Source: Eledone cirrhosa
Lineage: Eukaryota
Reading direction: 5' to 3'
Assembly: GCA_964016885.1 (NCBI GenBank)
Contig: OZ024741.1
Span: 264,926,001 to 264,990,000 of the forward strand
Length of the DNA stretch: 64,000 bases
Shown piece after piece: positions 23,160 through 36,000 of the stretch. Every line of letters starts with the position of its first letter. The first letter of the stretch is position 1. A model generated the notes under the pieces. That model made no database searches. It worked only from the letters and a program-made list of their open reading frames with translations, and was not told where the DNA came from. A program made the position numbers and the translations under genes.

Positions 23160-23791
23160 ATCGATATGCAAATTAGGCTGCTCACCCGTTAATATGCTTA
23201 AGGAGAGTATATATGTGTGCATGTATGTATATATATATATATATATATATATACATACTACTGTACGTCTGTATACATATATGTATGTATACATACTTAT
23301 ATTTAAGTAACATCCGTACTAAGAGTGAAAAATGAAATTTAGTTTCATTTTTCCGTTTATCGTTTTCGGTACCCCGGCCGATTAACTCACTCGATATGCA
23401 AATTAGGCTGCTCAGCCGTTAATATGCATAAGGAAAGTATATACTTTCAGACGTTCAACCATCTGGCAGGATGGTATACGTTGCTGACGATAGCTAATAA
23501 ACTTGAAACTAGTACAACGTTCCTTTGTCAGTGTTGAACAAATGAGCAACGATGGTTGCAAGACACTGTACGGCTTAATTCGGGATGTTTGTTTACAAAC
23601 ACACCGAGCATTATAATAAATGTTCGGTGAATCCATACGTACATATATATATGTGTGCATGTATGTATATATATATATATATACATACTACTGTACGTCT
23701 GTATACATATATGTATGTACGTATACATACTTATATTTAAGAAACGGCCGTACTAAGAGTGGGAAATGAAATTCGTTTCATTTTTTCCGTT
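23160..23791 (+). repeat. Partial direct repeats around the hammerhead (pseudo-LTR-like)
   Basis: 23161-23205 recurs at 23391-23440, and 23210-23358 recurs at 23645-23791. Confidence 0.65.
23478..23520 (+). ncRNA. Minimal type I hammerhead ribozyme motif (Penelope/retrozyme-like)
   Basis: Stem I ACGTTG/CAACGT, core CTGACGA...GAAA, palindromic stem III ACTAGT, cleavage triplet GTA. Confidence 0.75.
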
Positions 23792-23832
23792 CATATATAT
23801 ATATATTGGTAAACGGAATAGATTGGTAAACG

Positions 23833-23892
<60 letters not shown>

Positions 23893-24180
23893 TAAACGGA
23901 ATAGAAAATGCTGACAAATTGTTCACAGTGAAAAATAGTTTAATTAGGAATAAGTGAGAATTAGTAATAGTATTGGTTAGTATTCAGTTTTGGTTTTAAG
24001 TTTTACCGGTTGCGCATTTCTAATGCTTTTCAAAAATAATTTTGAGATAGAGCGTCTGTGATGTTTGCTCTGATCTGATTAGTTTTGGGAATTCTACCTG
24101 TTTTTATGTTAAAAATGTGGCTCCAGCGGTATTAAAATAAGTTTTACGCCAATTCGTGTTGCAAAAATTCTTGTAGTCAA

Positions 24181-24297
<117 letters not shown>

Positions 24298-24904
24298 TAG
24301 ATAGATAGCTAGGTATAGTGGCACCCCAACCTCGACCCCCGCCATCACCACCACCCCAAAACAGGAGGTTATATCCTTAGTTGGTAGAGCACATCGTCGA
24401 AAGGACGAGTTCGGTTAGTTCCGCAACAAATTAGCAAATCGTGAGTTTCTACAGACGGATTCTCGACCACGGTGAATTGGCCCTCACCCCGCCCCTTTCA
24501 CACACACACACACAACAACAACAACAACAACAACACTTTTCAATGTTCTGCATGATTCAATGTTTAAAGATATCGCTGTTCTGGAAGACGAGAAAACCGA
24601 TGTAAAGAATAATAAAGGTAGAGCTAGAGTTTTCTCCCTTGCACCAGGTGATTTCAGTGTTATGCAGGACAAGATTATAAGAATTTCTTAAACAATATTT
24701 TATTGGCGTCTCGCCTAATAGAGGTAACTGGCGAATCTCGCGAGGGCGCTTGGTTGTTTCCAGCCTCGCCATCACCCGAGGCAACACAGCGCGTGTGCTG
24801 GCTTGCATCAAAAATCATTAGAGATGTTGCCCAGTACCCCTCGCTGCTGTCTTTTGCTCTGGTGTTGGCTCGGTTGTTCACTCCTTCCTTTACATTTTCT
24901 TTAA

Positions 24905-25352
24905 TACTTATTTCTACTTTAGGCACAAGGCCAGCAATTATCCAGTGCATTACTGGTACTTTATTTTATCGACCCCGTAAGGATGAAAGGCAAAGTCAAC
25001 CTCGGCGGGATTTGAACTCAGATCGTAAAGGGACGTAACTATGCTGGAAAGAATGGCGTCCGACCCTCCACCGATACTGCCAATCCACCGCCCTACATTT
25101 TCTTTAATACTGTAACATTTTATTGTTTGCGTATGTTCAAAATTCTATTATTTAAAACAGCCTAAGTAGAGGGTCGGCTTTGCAGCATAGAGTTGCGGCC
25201 CTTTATGATCTGATTTCAAATCCCGCCGAGGTTAATTTGCTTTTCATCCTTACGGGGTCGATAAAATAAAGTACCAGTCACGCACTGGAGTCGATTTAAT
25301 CGACTTTCCCCTCCCCCAAAATTGATGGCCTTGTGCCTTTATAAGAAACCAT
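24905..25352. mobile_element. Two divergent copies of the Nin-domain tRNA-derived SINE (minus 24905-25094, plus 25170-25352)
   Basis: A box TGGCAGTATCGG, B box GAGTTCAAATCC, core GCCTTTCATCCTTACGGGGTCGATAAAATAAAGTACCAG. Confidence 0.8.
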
Positions 25353-25576
25353 TTTTTTAAAACTGCCTAAGATTCTTTGTTTGTTTCTTTCTTTTTTCCC
25401 TCTTTTTTTCTTTCTCTCTCACTCTTGCACTCTCTCTTTCTCTCTGTATAAATGTATACATATACACATTTACACACAAACATGCACGCACACATACACA
25501 TACACACACACACACATATATATATATACATGTGTTTACACACACACACATACACACGCACGCACACACACACACG

Positions 25577-25611
<35 letters not shown>

Positions 25612-25628
25612 GCATACACACTCACATA

Positions 25629-25659
<31 letters not shown>

Positions 25660-25720
25660 TTATTTTTTTGAATTTGTTTTGCAAGATTCCTTATCTGAAA
25701 AGGTGTGTTGAAACAGATAT

Positions 25721-25926
25721 TGTTATACTTTGGGTGGGTCATACTACCAATAAAACCACACGCACCTGTTATACTTTGGGTGGGTCATACTACCAATAAA
25801 ACCACACGCACCTGTTATACTTTGGGTGGGTCATATTACCAATAAAACCACACGTACCTGTTATACTTTGGGTGGATCATACTACCAATAAAACCACACG
25901 CACCTATTGGGTTAGGGTTAGGGTTG
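25721..25926 (+). repeat. 46-bp tandem repeat x4 followed by short (GGGTTA)n
   Basis: Unit TGTTATACTTTGGGTGGGTCATACTACCAATAAAACCACACGCACC at 25721, 25767, 25813 and 25859. Confidence 0.85.
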
Positions 25927-26064
25927 AATTTATTATAAATTTCCCGTTGGTTGGTTCGATAACCAGATGGCTGTTTATATATTGCCAAAGCTCTTTTGTC
26001 ACACATTTTTTGACCTCCTCAGTGATTGCGTTTTCATTTTTGTCTGTCTTTTGTTCTCTCTTTT

Positions 26065-26141
<77 letters not shown>

Positions 26142-26148
26142 CCCTCTC

Positions 26149-26510
<362 letters not shown>

Positions 26511-26661
26511 TCATGACTCTGTTTTCCTTTCAATGTTTTATTGTTTTCCGGGATATATTTTAACCTACAACATTTTCAACATATGGATTGCATTGAGTTC
26601 TTCATGCAGACTAGACCCCACAACTTACCGTGGATATCTCTCTGTGTGTATATATATATAT

Positions 26662-27071
26662 ATCACCGGGAGAGATGACCCCTTAGCCTTTGTCAAGGCA
26701 GAATTCTAGGAGAAGGAAAACTCTGATATAGCACCTGCAACCCTGATGGTATCCAATGATGTTGACTTGTTCTTCTTTTTGGTAAATACCATCTTGGTTA
26801 AGAGAGTGGGACTGGCTTTGTGCAGTGCCTTTGTCACTATAAAAGCTTCACGACACAGGCATTGCTTTATATCTGGAGATCTCTCTGCACTTGTCGTCAC
26901 ATGGTACCATGGGCCCAGCACTGTGTCAATAATTGTCACAAGTGTAGTGTTTGTACCAGAGTTTTCAAGTCGCTGGCTGGACTAAAAAGTCACACTCGTT
27001 CAGCGCTTCGGTAAGGGTTCTCCTACATGGATATAAAGTAGTGGCCGTACTTGAAAACGAGTTGGCAGCCA

Positions 27072-27074
<3 letters not shown>
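26662..27074 (+). mobile_element. 5'-truncated bipartite RTE derivative with (TA)n tail
   Basis: Aligns to the body of 15612-16219. Confidence 0.8.
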
Positions 27075-27126
<52 letters not shown>

Positions 27127-27591
27127 TTTATGTTTTATGGTTCACCAATGGCTAGAACTGTTCATTCAATTTAGTTAACCATGATGTGATAGTAGGAAAA
27201 GCACTCTACATTACGTAACTCATCCATCGTTGGGACCCGATGGCTGAGCTCCTGCCGTTTCAACAGCTAGTTCCGTCATTCAGCACATCACACTTAAACT
27301 TATCTAAATTCATGTCGTTGGGTCCCTTAAGATATTTCCTTTGGTTCATTTTATCCTTAAATTAGGAAAATTATTGCTGGTCAAAAGTCTTTGTAACTCT
27401 GTTCTATATGTAAAAAAGATATCTGTCAAATCATTAAAACAGACTTTGAATTACAGTTAGAATACATCTGACTGTCTTCAGCACAATTTCCCTCTACCTA
27501 ATTCTACTCACATGTCTTTGGTTGACCCAAGGTTATAGTCAATGAGCCTTACCCAAGATGCCATGCAATGAAATTGACCCCGGGACTATTT

Positions 27592-27880
27592 AACCGTTCA
27601 GTCATACATGCGTCCACAAATCAATAGATAAATAAACCATGAGTGATCGATAGATAGAGAAATAGATTGATTGATAAGGTGATAGACAACCGTTCAGTCA
27701 TACATGCGTCCACAAATCAATAGATAAATAAACCATGAGTGATCGATAGATAGAGAAATAGATTGATTGATAAGGTGATAGACAACCGTTCAGTCATACA
27801 TGCGTCCACAAATCAATAGATAAATAAACCATGAGTGATCGATAGATAGAGAAATAGATTGATTGATAAGGTGATAGACA
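27592..27880 (+). repeat. 96-bp tandem repeat x3
   Basis: AACCGTTCAGTCATACATGCG recurs at 27592, 27688 and 27784. Confidence 0.9.
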
Positions 27881-27899
27881 TGTCTTTAAATTATAGTGT

Positions 27900-28250
27900 T
27901 TAAGTAGAGTTGCTTGCTCTTACCAGCGACTTCCTTACCAGCGACTTCACATCTTTAATTATAGTTGCTTGTTTATACAGATGACTTTCCATTTATATAT
28001 ATTTAGTTGCTTGCATTTTTAGGCGTCCTCCTATTCACATGTTTAAGTAGAGTTACTTGCTCTTACAGGCGACTTCCTATTCACATATTATATTTAGTTG
28101 CTTGCTCTTACAAGCGTCTTCCTATTCACATATTTAAGTAAAGTTTCTTGCTGTTACGGACGACTTCCTATTCACATATTTAATTATAGAGGCTTGCTTT
28201 TACAAACGTCTTCCTATTCATATATTATATTTAGTCGCTTGCTTTTTTAG
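27900..28250 (+). repeat. Degenerate minisatellite, unit about 40 bp
   Basis: Recurrent GTTGCTTGCTCTTACAAGCGACTTCCTATTCACATAT. Confidence 0.7.
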
Positions 28251-28804
28251 CTATGAACATCTTTAAGTAAATATATTTGTTCTTACAGGTGTCGTCCTTG
28301 TAACATCTTCGTTCATTTGGTTGCAATAGCTTTGCCGGATCAATTACATCTACATTTATAATTATGTACATGGACATGGACTTCCTCTCGTGCAGCATAA
28401 GGCCGGTCGATGTGTGTATATCGACTTTGTTTCCACTGCACTTCGGGTCGAGGAGAGTAAACTCCAAATATCGGTCACATTCCGACAAGTTTGCGGATGA
28501 GCCCATAGCAGTGGAGACCTCTGATGTCCTTGGCCCTAGGACTACCTCCCTATTTACCACCATCAGCATAGAGTTGACTACCCGCAGGTGTGAGCCTCAC
28601 GAGCTGGAATAGTTCTTCCAACGTGTCTCCCTCACCATCCTCCGGTGAAACGCCTTCTCTGTTCTGTCTACCGGGGCCACGGGTCGGCCAGTACGTGAGC
28701 CCCCACCCCCCCTGCTCATAACAGTGAGAGATGGGAAGAGCGGGAGAGAGGGAGGCAGTGACAGTAGGATTTTGGTTCCTTTGTGTTCGGCTTGGTGGAA
28801 ATAT

Positions 28805-28869
<65 letters not shown>

Positions 28870-28874
<5 letters not shown>

Positions 28875-29450
28875 TCCACTTGATTGCCAGTTTTGTCAGA
28901 GTGGACGTGCACGGTATCTATCTATCTAGGGCGGGTAAAATTCCCGAGATCCATGGACGAGTTCTCTCCAGTGGTCTCTGTCCCTCAATATCGCTGCCAT
29001 GTCCTGCGCCTCCAACAGACCAGTGTCTGTCCTTAAGGCATCAACATACGTTAACCTTGGTCTTCCTCTTCCAGTGTGTCCATGCAGTGTGTCCATGTAG
29101 GGGATCCCACAGGAGCACTGAGTGCAGTGTCAACTTTGGATGTCGGTGAGCATGTCCAGTTAACCCCCGTCTCCTCTGTGTCACTTTTGAACTGACTTTT
29201 GGGAGGCTCCCATACAGTTCTGAGTTTTTCATCCTCAGTGTATACTGATTAATGTTCAGAGCCATCCTCAGCATTCTCGTGCAGCACCCATCCACCATCT
29301 GGGTGAGTTTCTTGAGACTAAAACAAAATATCTGGTAGAGAATGTTGAGAAGCCAGAGGGGATCACTAATGTAGGCGGGAATCCGCTAGAATTGGTTGAG
29401 GACTTCCTGTATTTGGGAGCAAAGATTGGGAATACGGAGGATAATGTGCA
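28870..29450 (-). mobile_element. RTE-like LINE 3' fragment with inverted upstream piece
   Basis: Minus 28870-29300 reads DGCCTRMLRMALNI..LTGHAHRH..LLWDP. Plus 29300-29450 reads KTKYL..LELVEDFLYLGAKI (RT thumb region). Confidence 0.7.
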
Positions 29451-29528
29451 CGATATTAGAATCCTTAATAGAACGAATTCTATTATTCAGGTCCTGTTGT
29501 AAGGAATTGCTCCTAGATTGACTTTTTT

Positions 29529-29579
29529 AGTTTCAGAAGATCCCGTTAAAGGTGAAAGCAGCGATTCTTTGCTTAAACT
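29529..29579 (+). ncRNA. Hammerhead-like fold with variant core CAGAAGA
   Basis: Stem I AGTTT/AAACT, CAGAAGA, short stem II, GAAA, stem III AGCA/TGCT, triplet CTT. Also present at 36724-36774 (-) and 37181-37231 (+). Confidence 0.55.
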
Positions 29580-29677
29580 TTAATCTGTTATTTTAATAAA
29601 TATTTGCTATATATATTTGATATATATTTATCCTTATCGAGCCCCCTTTGGATTTTAGTCTTCAAATTTATTATTAT

Positions 29678-29723
<46 letters not shown>

Positions 29724-30010
29724 TGTCTGTTTTTTTGCCTGAGAAAATATCTCTATGTGTGTATAAATAATACATACATATATTTATTTTTTTAAATATC
29801 CGATTGAGTTCTTCACGCGTGGTTAGAATTCATAACAGGGTTCAATGACCTACGTATATATTATTTTATGTTTTACGATGACCTCCCCTTCCCGTTTGGG
29901 TACAGAAGGACTGCTGGACTTTCAAATTTTGGCGGTCATTCTAGCACTGACGATGACCATCGCTGAATATTAATACCAATGTGGTTTTTTATATTGATAT
30001 TGCCTAGGCA

Positions 30011-30132
30011 TCCACTGATGAATTATAAGTGCCCACTTGTATGTATACCTATGGACTATATGCAAGCTTCTACATAACCTGGACATTATTTTCCCAATTT
30101 GTAGAAAACTTATAACGAAACGATCGTATGGA
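30011..30132 (+). ncRNA. Hammerhead ribozyme motif with long branched stem II
   Basis: TCCA-CTGATGA-(A)TTATAAGT...ACTTATAA(C)-GAAA-CGATC-GTA-TGGA. Confidence 0.65.
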
Positions 30133-30423
30133 AAGAGAGATTTATTTAATTATGTCTCATATAAAATAATACAACCGGCTATCCACAAAATACAATATAG
30201 TTAGTACCCCAAACATATAATTGGGATTATACTCAGGTATATCCTAATGTTTGTTGAGTGAGATGGGAGTCGGTCGGAGTATCGTTTTAAGCTTTCTCTG
30301 TTAATGTATTAAGTTAAATATATATATATATATATATATATATTTCACCGTATTTTTTACTAAAGAAATTTTAGTCTGATAATGGGGTTTAGAACCCTCA
30401 GATAAATGGAAAAAGATGAGTAT

Positions 30424-30494
30424 TGACGTACATGGGAGTCGAACCCACATCTTTGGTTATCCAGACCACTGTGCTACCATTACACCAACACATT
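30424..30494 (-). pseudogene. tRNA-like pseudogene or isolated SINE head (apparent anticodon GGA, short variable loop)
   Basis: TGGTGTAATGG A box, GGTTCGACTCC B box, imperfect cloverleaf with mismatches in acceptor and anticodon stems. Confidence 0.5.
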
Positions 30495-30519
30495 CCCGGG
30501 GGTCACTGCAGATTTCGTA

Positions 30520-30990
30520 TTGGTGGATTGGCAGAATCAGTAGAGCACTGGCCAATATGTTTTGCGATATTGTGGTACAACTTTCTACTTTTTGAGTTCA
30601 AATCCGACTACGGTCAACGCTGCATTTTTTTTTTTAATCTTTCCGGGGTTGATAAAATAAAGTACCAGTTATGTACTAGTTCGATATAATCGACTTTCCC
30701 TTCCCCTAAATTACTGACATTGATTCTATGCTAGAATCATTGTTATTGTTGTTGTTTTTGTTTTCGTGCTAGTATTATAACTGCTATATCAGTAGGATTG
30801 GCAGTATCGGTAGAGGGTCGGACGCCATGCTTTGACGCATAGAGTTACGGCCCATGCCATTCTGAGTTCAAATCCCGCGGAGGTTAACTTTGCCTTTCAT
30901 CCTTACGGGGTTGATAAAATAAAGTACCAGTAATACCTTGGGATAATTGCTGGCCTTGTGCCAAAAGTAGAAACAATTATTATTATTATT
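30520..30990 (+). mobile_element. Two tandem Nin-domain SINE copies
   Basis: A/B boxes and Nin core near 30520-30745 and 30795-30985; followed by (GAA)n 30998-31113. Confidence 0.75.
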
Positions 30991-31084
30991 GTTGTTAAAG
31001 AAGAAGAAGAAGATGAAGAAGAAGAAGAAGAAGAAGAAGAAGAAGAAGAAGAAGAAGAAGAAGAAGGAGAAGAAGAAGAAGAAG

Positions 31085-31115
<31 letters not shown>

Positions 31116-31316
31116 TATATTTTTATGAATACGATGAAACAATTCTTTGTATGAGGTTCTATAGTCTATTGGGATATATATCAAGTGTTTTGAAATAAAT
31201 GTTATTCGCCCACAGGGAAACATATCTTTATAATATAACCATACTCTACTACCCCAAGTATCGAGTACTCTATTGAGTAGTGATCTAACCAATTTCAAAT
31301 TGAATCAATCCTGATT

Positions 31317-31401
<85 letters not shown>

Positions 31402-31497
31402 GTGTATATATATATGTGTGTGTTTGATGGTAGCTATGATGTTTCCATAGGCGGTATGCCGGTTGAGCACTCTATGTTCTTACAGAGCAGAGTGTGA

Positions 31498-31777
31498 TAT
31501 AATATAAAACGAAAAATCAGTGATACATCTGGACTCAATTTATTGTGTGTTACAGTTGTTTCGCCGGCAGACGGCTCGAGACACGATCATTGTATGGATC
31601 TGTCTGATTCTGGAAACTGCAGGTTTGTCAGACACTGGCAATAATTCCGGATCAAAGTTTCCAGAATCAGACAGATCCATACAATGATCGTGTCTCGAGC
31701 CGTCTGCCGGCGAAACAACTGTAACACACAATAAACTGAGTCCAGATGTATCACTGATTTTTCGTTTTATATTATAT
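31498..31777. repeat. Near-perfect inverted repeat, about 120-bp arms with about 37-bp spacer
   Basis: 31498-31618 is the reverse complement of 31656-31777; the arm contains GCCGGCGAAACAACTGTA (hammerhead 3' half). Confidence 0.9.
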
Positions 31778-32125
31778 TATATATATATGAATTGGCAGTA
31801 TCGGTAGAGGGTTGGACGCCATGCTTTCTAGCATAGCTGCGTCCTTTTACGCCGAGGTTAACTTTGCCTTTCATCCTTACGGGGTCGATAAAATAAAGTA
31901 CCAGTAATGTACTGGGTAATTGCTATCCTTGTGCCTAAAGTAGAAACAATTATATATATATATATATATATATATATTACTTTAGGCACAAGGATAGCAA
32001 TTACCCAGTACATTACTGGTACTTTATTTTATCGACCCCGTAAGAATGAAAGGCAAAGTAAGGTACTCAATACACAGCAGAGTATAAATATTTAATATAG
32101 AAATGGCTTCTACAAGACTAGAACT

Positions 32126-32178
32126 GGGCTTCCTGATGATTTCTCCCGAATGAAACAGTTCTAGTCCTGTAGAAGCCT
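32126..32178 (+). ncRNA. Type I hammerhead ribozyme motif inside a fold-back repeat (32088-32193)
   Basis: Stem I GGCTTC/GAAGCC, CTGATGA, stem II TTC/GAA, GAAA, stem III ACAG/CTGT, triplet GTA. Confidence 0.75.
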
Positions 32179-33080
32179 TTTCTATATTAAATAATATATA
32201 TATGGTGTATTATTAAGACTTTTGGACATTATTTCATTTATATAAATTTGAAATAATATATACATAATATATATATATATATATGAAATAATTGTTTCTA
32301 CATTTGGCACAAGGCCAGCAATTACCCAGTACATTACTGGTACTTTATTTTATCGACCCCGTAAGGATGAAAGGCAAAGTTAACCTCGGCGGGATTTGAA
32401 CTCAGATCGTAAAGGGATATAACTATGCTTTAAAGCATGGCGTCCGACCCTCTACCGATACTGCCAATCCACCATAATGCCGAAAGGTCTTAATAATACT
32501 GAAGGTGTAGGATTAAGTCTGCTGCTGATATATAATTCTTCATTTAATGTCTTGTATGTTAAATGACATTTACTATTGCCGCACTTAAAAAAATGAAAGG
32601 GCAGCTAAAAATAATATATGCAACCCAGTAGAGTCGCTGTAGAGCCAGTGTAATGGAAATTCTCCAGACATATCTTCACTAAATGAACGAATGAATTCAA
32701 CATACAACGGACGGTTGAAAATCTCACAGACTGTAAATTTCATAGGCTGACTAACATACTCTCATGGAATGACGAAATAAGGTATATTTTTCAGCGTAGT
32801 CCCTGAAGAAACAATGCAGTCATTAATAACAAGACTTCTTCCCTATCAACAACCCACCAGTAAATAAGGAATTGAAACATTAGATAAAGTATTACTACAT
32901 ACTCTTAGAAAAATGGGATGGTCGCAGTTGGAATGTCTTTAGCTATAAGTCTGCTCAATCAAGGTAGACCTTCAACTAAACATCACCAATCGCATAATAA
33001 TATAAAAGGCCATGGATTTTTCAGAAAGAAGTTGAACCTTAAAACTTGAATGTGATCTCGGAATGATAAACCAGTAATAT

Positions 33081-33226
33081 ATGAGGGTCGGCCGAAAAGT
33101 TCATATTATGACCAAGATACTCTCATAGAATGACCAAATGAGGTTTATTTTTCAATATAGTCCCTGGAAAGAAATAACGCAGTTATTGATAGAGCCAGCC
33201 TATGAACCTTTCAGCCAACCCTCGTA
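33081..33226. mobile_element. Mariner-type MITE
   Basis: TIRs TA(T/C)GAGGGTCGGCCGAAAAGTTCATA ... TATGAACCTTTCAGCCAACCCTCGTA. Related ends near 15078, 17475, 32705, 37730, 43101-43298 and 53195. Confidence 0.75.
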
Positions 33227-33574
33227 ATATTGGTTTCTGATTTAGGTACAAGGCCAACAATTTAGGTGGCGGAAGAAATTCGATTAATTCCTTACTTGTA
33301 CTTTATTTTATCCACATTGTACGGTTGAATGGCAAAGCTAACCTCGGCAGGATTTAAACTCAGGACATAACCCTATACCGCAAAGCATGCTACCCGGCGC
33401 TCTACCGATTACTGCCAATCCACTGCCCTTATTAAGTCAACATAGTATTGAATTATAAGGTAGACACGAGGCAATAAATGGAGTAGAGAAGGTATATACA
33501 GGATGAGCATAACGTCTTTACATAGCATGAAATTAAATATCGCTTAGATGTGTTCCGAGTGACGAGTGGGGCCC

Positions 33575-33830
33575 ATGCTGAAGTTCAATGAAGTTCATGT
33601 GTGAATGAGAAAAACTCCTAGACATTTTTTCATACTCAGAGTTGCTGAAGCATGGAACAAACTACCTGCATCGGTTGTTAGCTACTGGGACACTGCAGCC
33701 TTTAAAAACCTCCATGCTTCCTGATATTAACCAACACAACACCTGATACCCCCCACTCCCTCCAAACACACCCACACATGTATATCATGACTCATACACT
33801 GTTCATTTTCCTGACATTTGTACATTATTC
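33575..33830 (+). mobile_element. CR1/L2-type LINE 3' fragment
   Basis: Translates RHFFILRVAEAWNKLPASVV..AFK, typical of the CR1 ORF2 C-terminus. Confidence 0.65.
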
Positions 33831-33842
33831 TATGTACTACGG

Positions 33843-34030
33843 GGTGGTGGATTGGCAGTATCGGTAGAGGGTCGGACGCCAAGCTTTCCAGCATAGTTAC
33901 GTCCCTTTACGGTCTGAGTTCAAATCCCACCGAGGTTAACTTTGCCTTTCATCCTTACGGGGTCGATAAAATAAAGTACCAGTAATGCACTGGGTATTGT
34001 TGGCCTTGTGCCTAAAGTAGAAACAACTAT
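33843..34030 (+). mobile_element. Nin-domain tRNA-SINE, representative full copy
   Basis: Other copies near 31790, 32290(-), 33230(-), 34505, 37373, 46175, 46833-47385 (three), 53760, 57045(-), 58580-58960 and 59900. Confidence 0.82.
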
Positions 34031-34134
34031 CGATCATACACAGATTCCAGCCATTATTTCCAGGCGGAATTGTCAAACTAAATTATTCAAGCAATCATCA
34101 AATCATTGAAACGTCGTCAGTAAAATATTAACAC

Positions 34135-34230
34135 ATCATCATCATCATCTCCATTACCATTATCATCATCATCATCATCATCGTCATCACCACCATCATC
34201 ATCATCATCATCATCATCTCCATTACCATT

Positions 34231-34275
<45 letters not shown>

Positions 34276-34337
34276 GTCATCACCACCATCATCATCATCA
34301 TCATCATTATCACCATCATCACTATCATCTCCATTAC

Positions 34338-34378
<41 letters not shown>

Positions 34379-34460
34379 CCAACAGCCTCATCATCACCAT
34401 CATCAACACCAACATCACCATCATCACTATCATCATCACCATCATCATCATCATCATCAT
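34135..34460. repeat. (CAT)n/(CAC)n microsatellite
   Basis: Direct reading. Confidence 0.95.
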
Positions 34461-35010
34461 TAGCTTTGCCTTTCATCCTTACGTATTGTATTTATTATTA
34501 CTCATAGGGCGATGGTTTGGCAGAATCGGTAGAGCGCCGGACCCGGCTTCGTGGCATAGAATTACCACTCTTAACGTTCTGAGTTCAAATCCCGCCGAGA
34601 TTAGCTTTAGCTTTCATCCTTACGGGGTCGATAAAATAAAATACCAGTCACGCACTGGGGTCGATTTAATCGACTTTCCCCTCCGCTAAAACTATTGGTC
34701 TTGTGCCTAAATCAGAAACCATTATCGTGTGTGGTATACCGTCACCATGACAAAGCACAAATAAGGTATTTACCCATTTCCCAAATTAAGAGACTAATGA
34801 CAAGACATCTAATCCCGGAGATAATCTCTAATTAATTATCGTTCCTCTCTTAACAATGGTGATTCCGTGGATCTAATTAATTTTCGTCTTAATTAGGATT
34901 CTTTCTCAACGTCCTGTGTATATATTGGTACACTCACACACACCCACACATACACACACACATGTATATATGGATGGATGTGTATATGTATGCATATATA
35001 TATATATATA

Positions 35011-35690
35011 TGATGAGCGCAAACTCGTGTTTGAGCATTGCCAGTGCCTGATAAAATGTTAAAAAATGTGAGGCACGAATGTGGCTCTTTAAACCAGCCA
35101 AAGACTTGCACCCTCTGGCACATATATGGCAACTGTAGGCTCCTCTGGGACTTTCCACTGCTTGGTTCTGACTGTGTGTTCTCATATGTCTTTTAAGACC
35201 TCCCAGCTTGCACATTCCTTGCCACATTCCTTACACCTTCTCAGATCATAATCTACATACGGTCTACTGATATGACTTTGTTTGTGTCTAGTCAAACCAG
35301 CTTTACTCAGGCAGACTCGACCACAGTGCTGGCAAACCAGATGTTGTTCAACAGCAGGCAGTTCAGAACAGATCCTTTTCCTCACCTTCCTTTTCAGTGT
35401 AAAGTGCTCTCTCCGACGAGTTTCAAAGTGTTCACTACCTGACTTGACCAAACAGCTCCACTTCACACGCTCCTCAGCCATTTTCTCCCATTAGTCAGAT
35501 GAAATTCCAGCACAAGCCAAGGTGCCCCTGACACAGTCCCGGTACCACATTTTTGGTTCGTGTGGTGGTCGCCTTCCTTCACACAGTTCTCCATAGAGAA
35601 GTTGCTTTGGAATGCGACCATCAGACATCTGGACCACGTGTCCACACCACCTCAACCAGTGCCGAAAGATCATGTTCTCTATAGTCACGC
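35011..35690 (-). mobile_element. 3' fragment of a second C2H2-bearing RTE family
   Basis: LRWCGHVVQMSDGRIPKQLLYGEL; fingers CQHCGRVCLSKAGLTRH, CKECGK.., CHICARGCKSLAGLKSH; (AT)n tail. Confidence 0.85.
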
Positions 35691-35734
35691 ACCTAAAATA
35701 GTAAAAGGTGGTGTTGTATCTAAATCCTAAAAAT

Positions 35735-36000
35735 CTGTCTCGAACCCGGAGGTTCATAAGACCGGTGCTTGTTTCGTGGCGTGAAGGGACCGGGAGTACA
35801 AAACTCAACCCTGGACAGGTCGCCAAGCCATCGAAGGGTTAAATCCCCAGCTATTGTCAGTATTCATGTTCAGCTAAGTATACAGGAGCAACGTGAAATG
35901 AAGTGTTTTACTCAAGAGCACAACACACAACCCAGTCCAGGAATCGAACACAGGATATTATGATCGTAAGTTCAACACACCACTAAGCCACGCACCTCCA
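35735..36000 (-). mobile_element. Second tRNA-derived SINE family (CORE/Meta-like middle)
   Basis: TGGCTTAGTGG A box, GTTCGATTCC B box, TGAG(C/T)AA(G/A)ACACTT..TTTCACGTTGCTCC. Related copies near 36204, 42430, 54586 and 57590-57828(-). Confidence 0.7.

Noticed and set aside
24360-24890. tRNA-like AGTTGGTAGAGCA, a short open frame (24542-24691) and CpG-rich TCTCGCGAG segment
   Set aside because: No B box or cloverleaf, no recognisable protein or splice sites, and no ribozyme fold fitted.
28300-28800. GC-richer segment with hairpins, possible LINE 5'UTR or HDV-like ribozyme on the minus strand
   Set aside because: Only a simple GGGGC/GCCCC hairpin is supported; family not assignable by eye.
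29946-29970. CTGACGA hammerhead-like core (also CTGATGA near 59838 and CTGATGG near 62495)
   Set aside because: No correctly placed GAAA, stem III or stem I.
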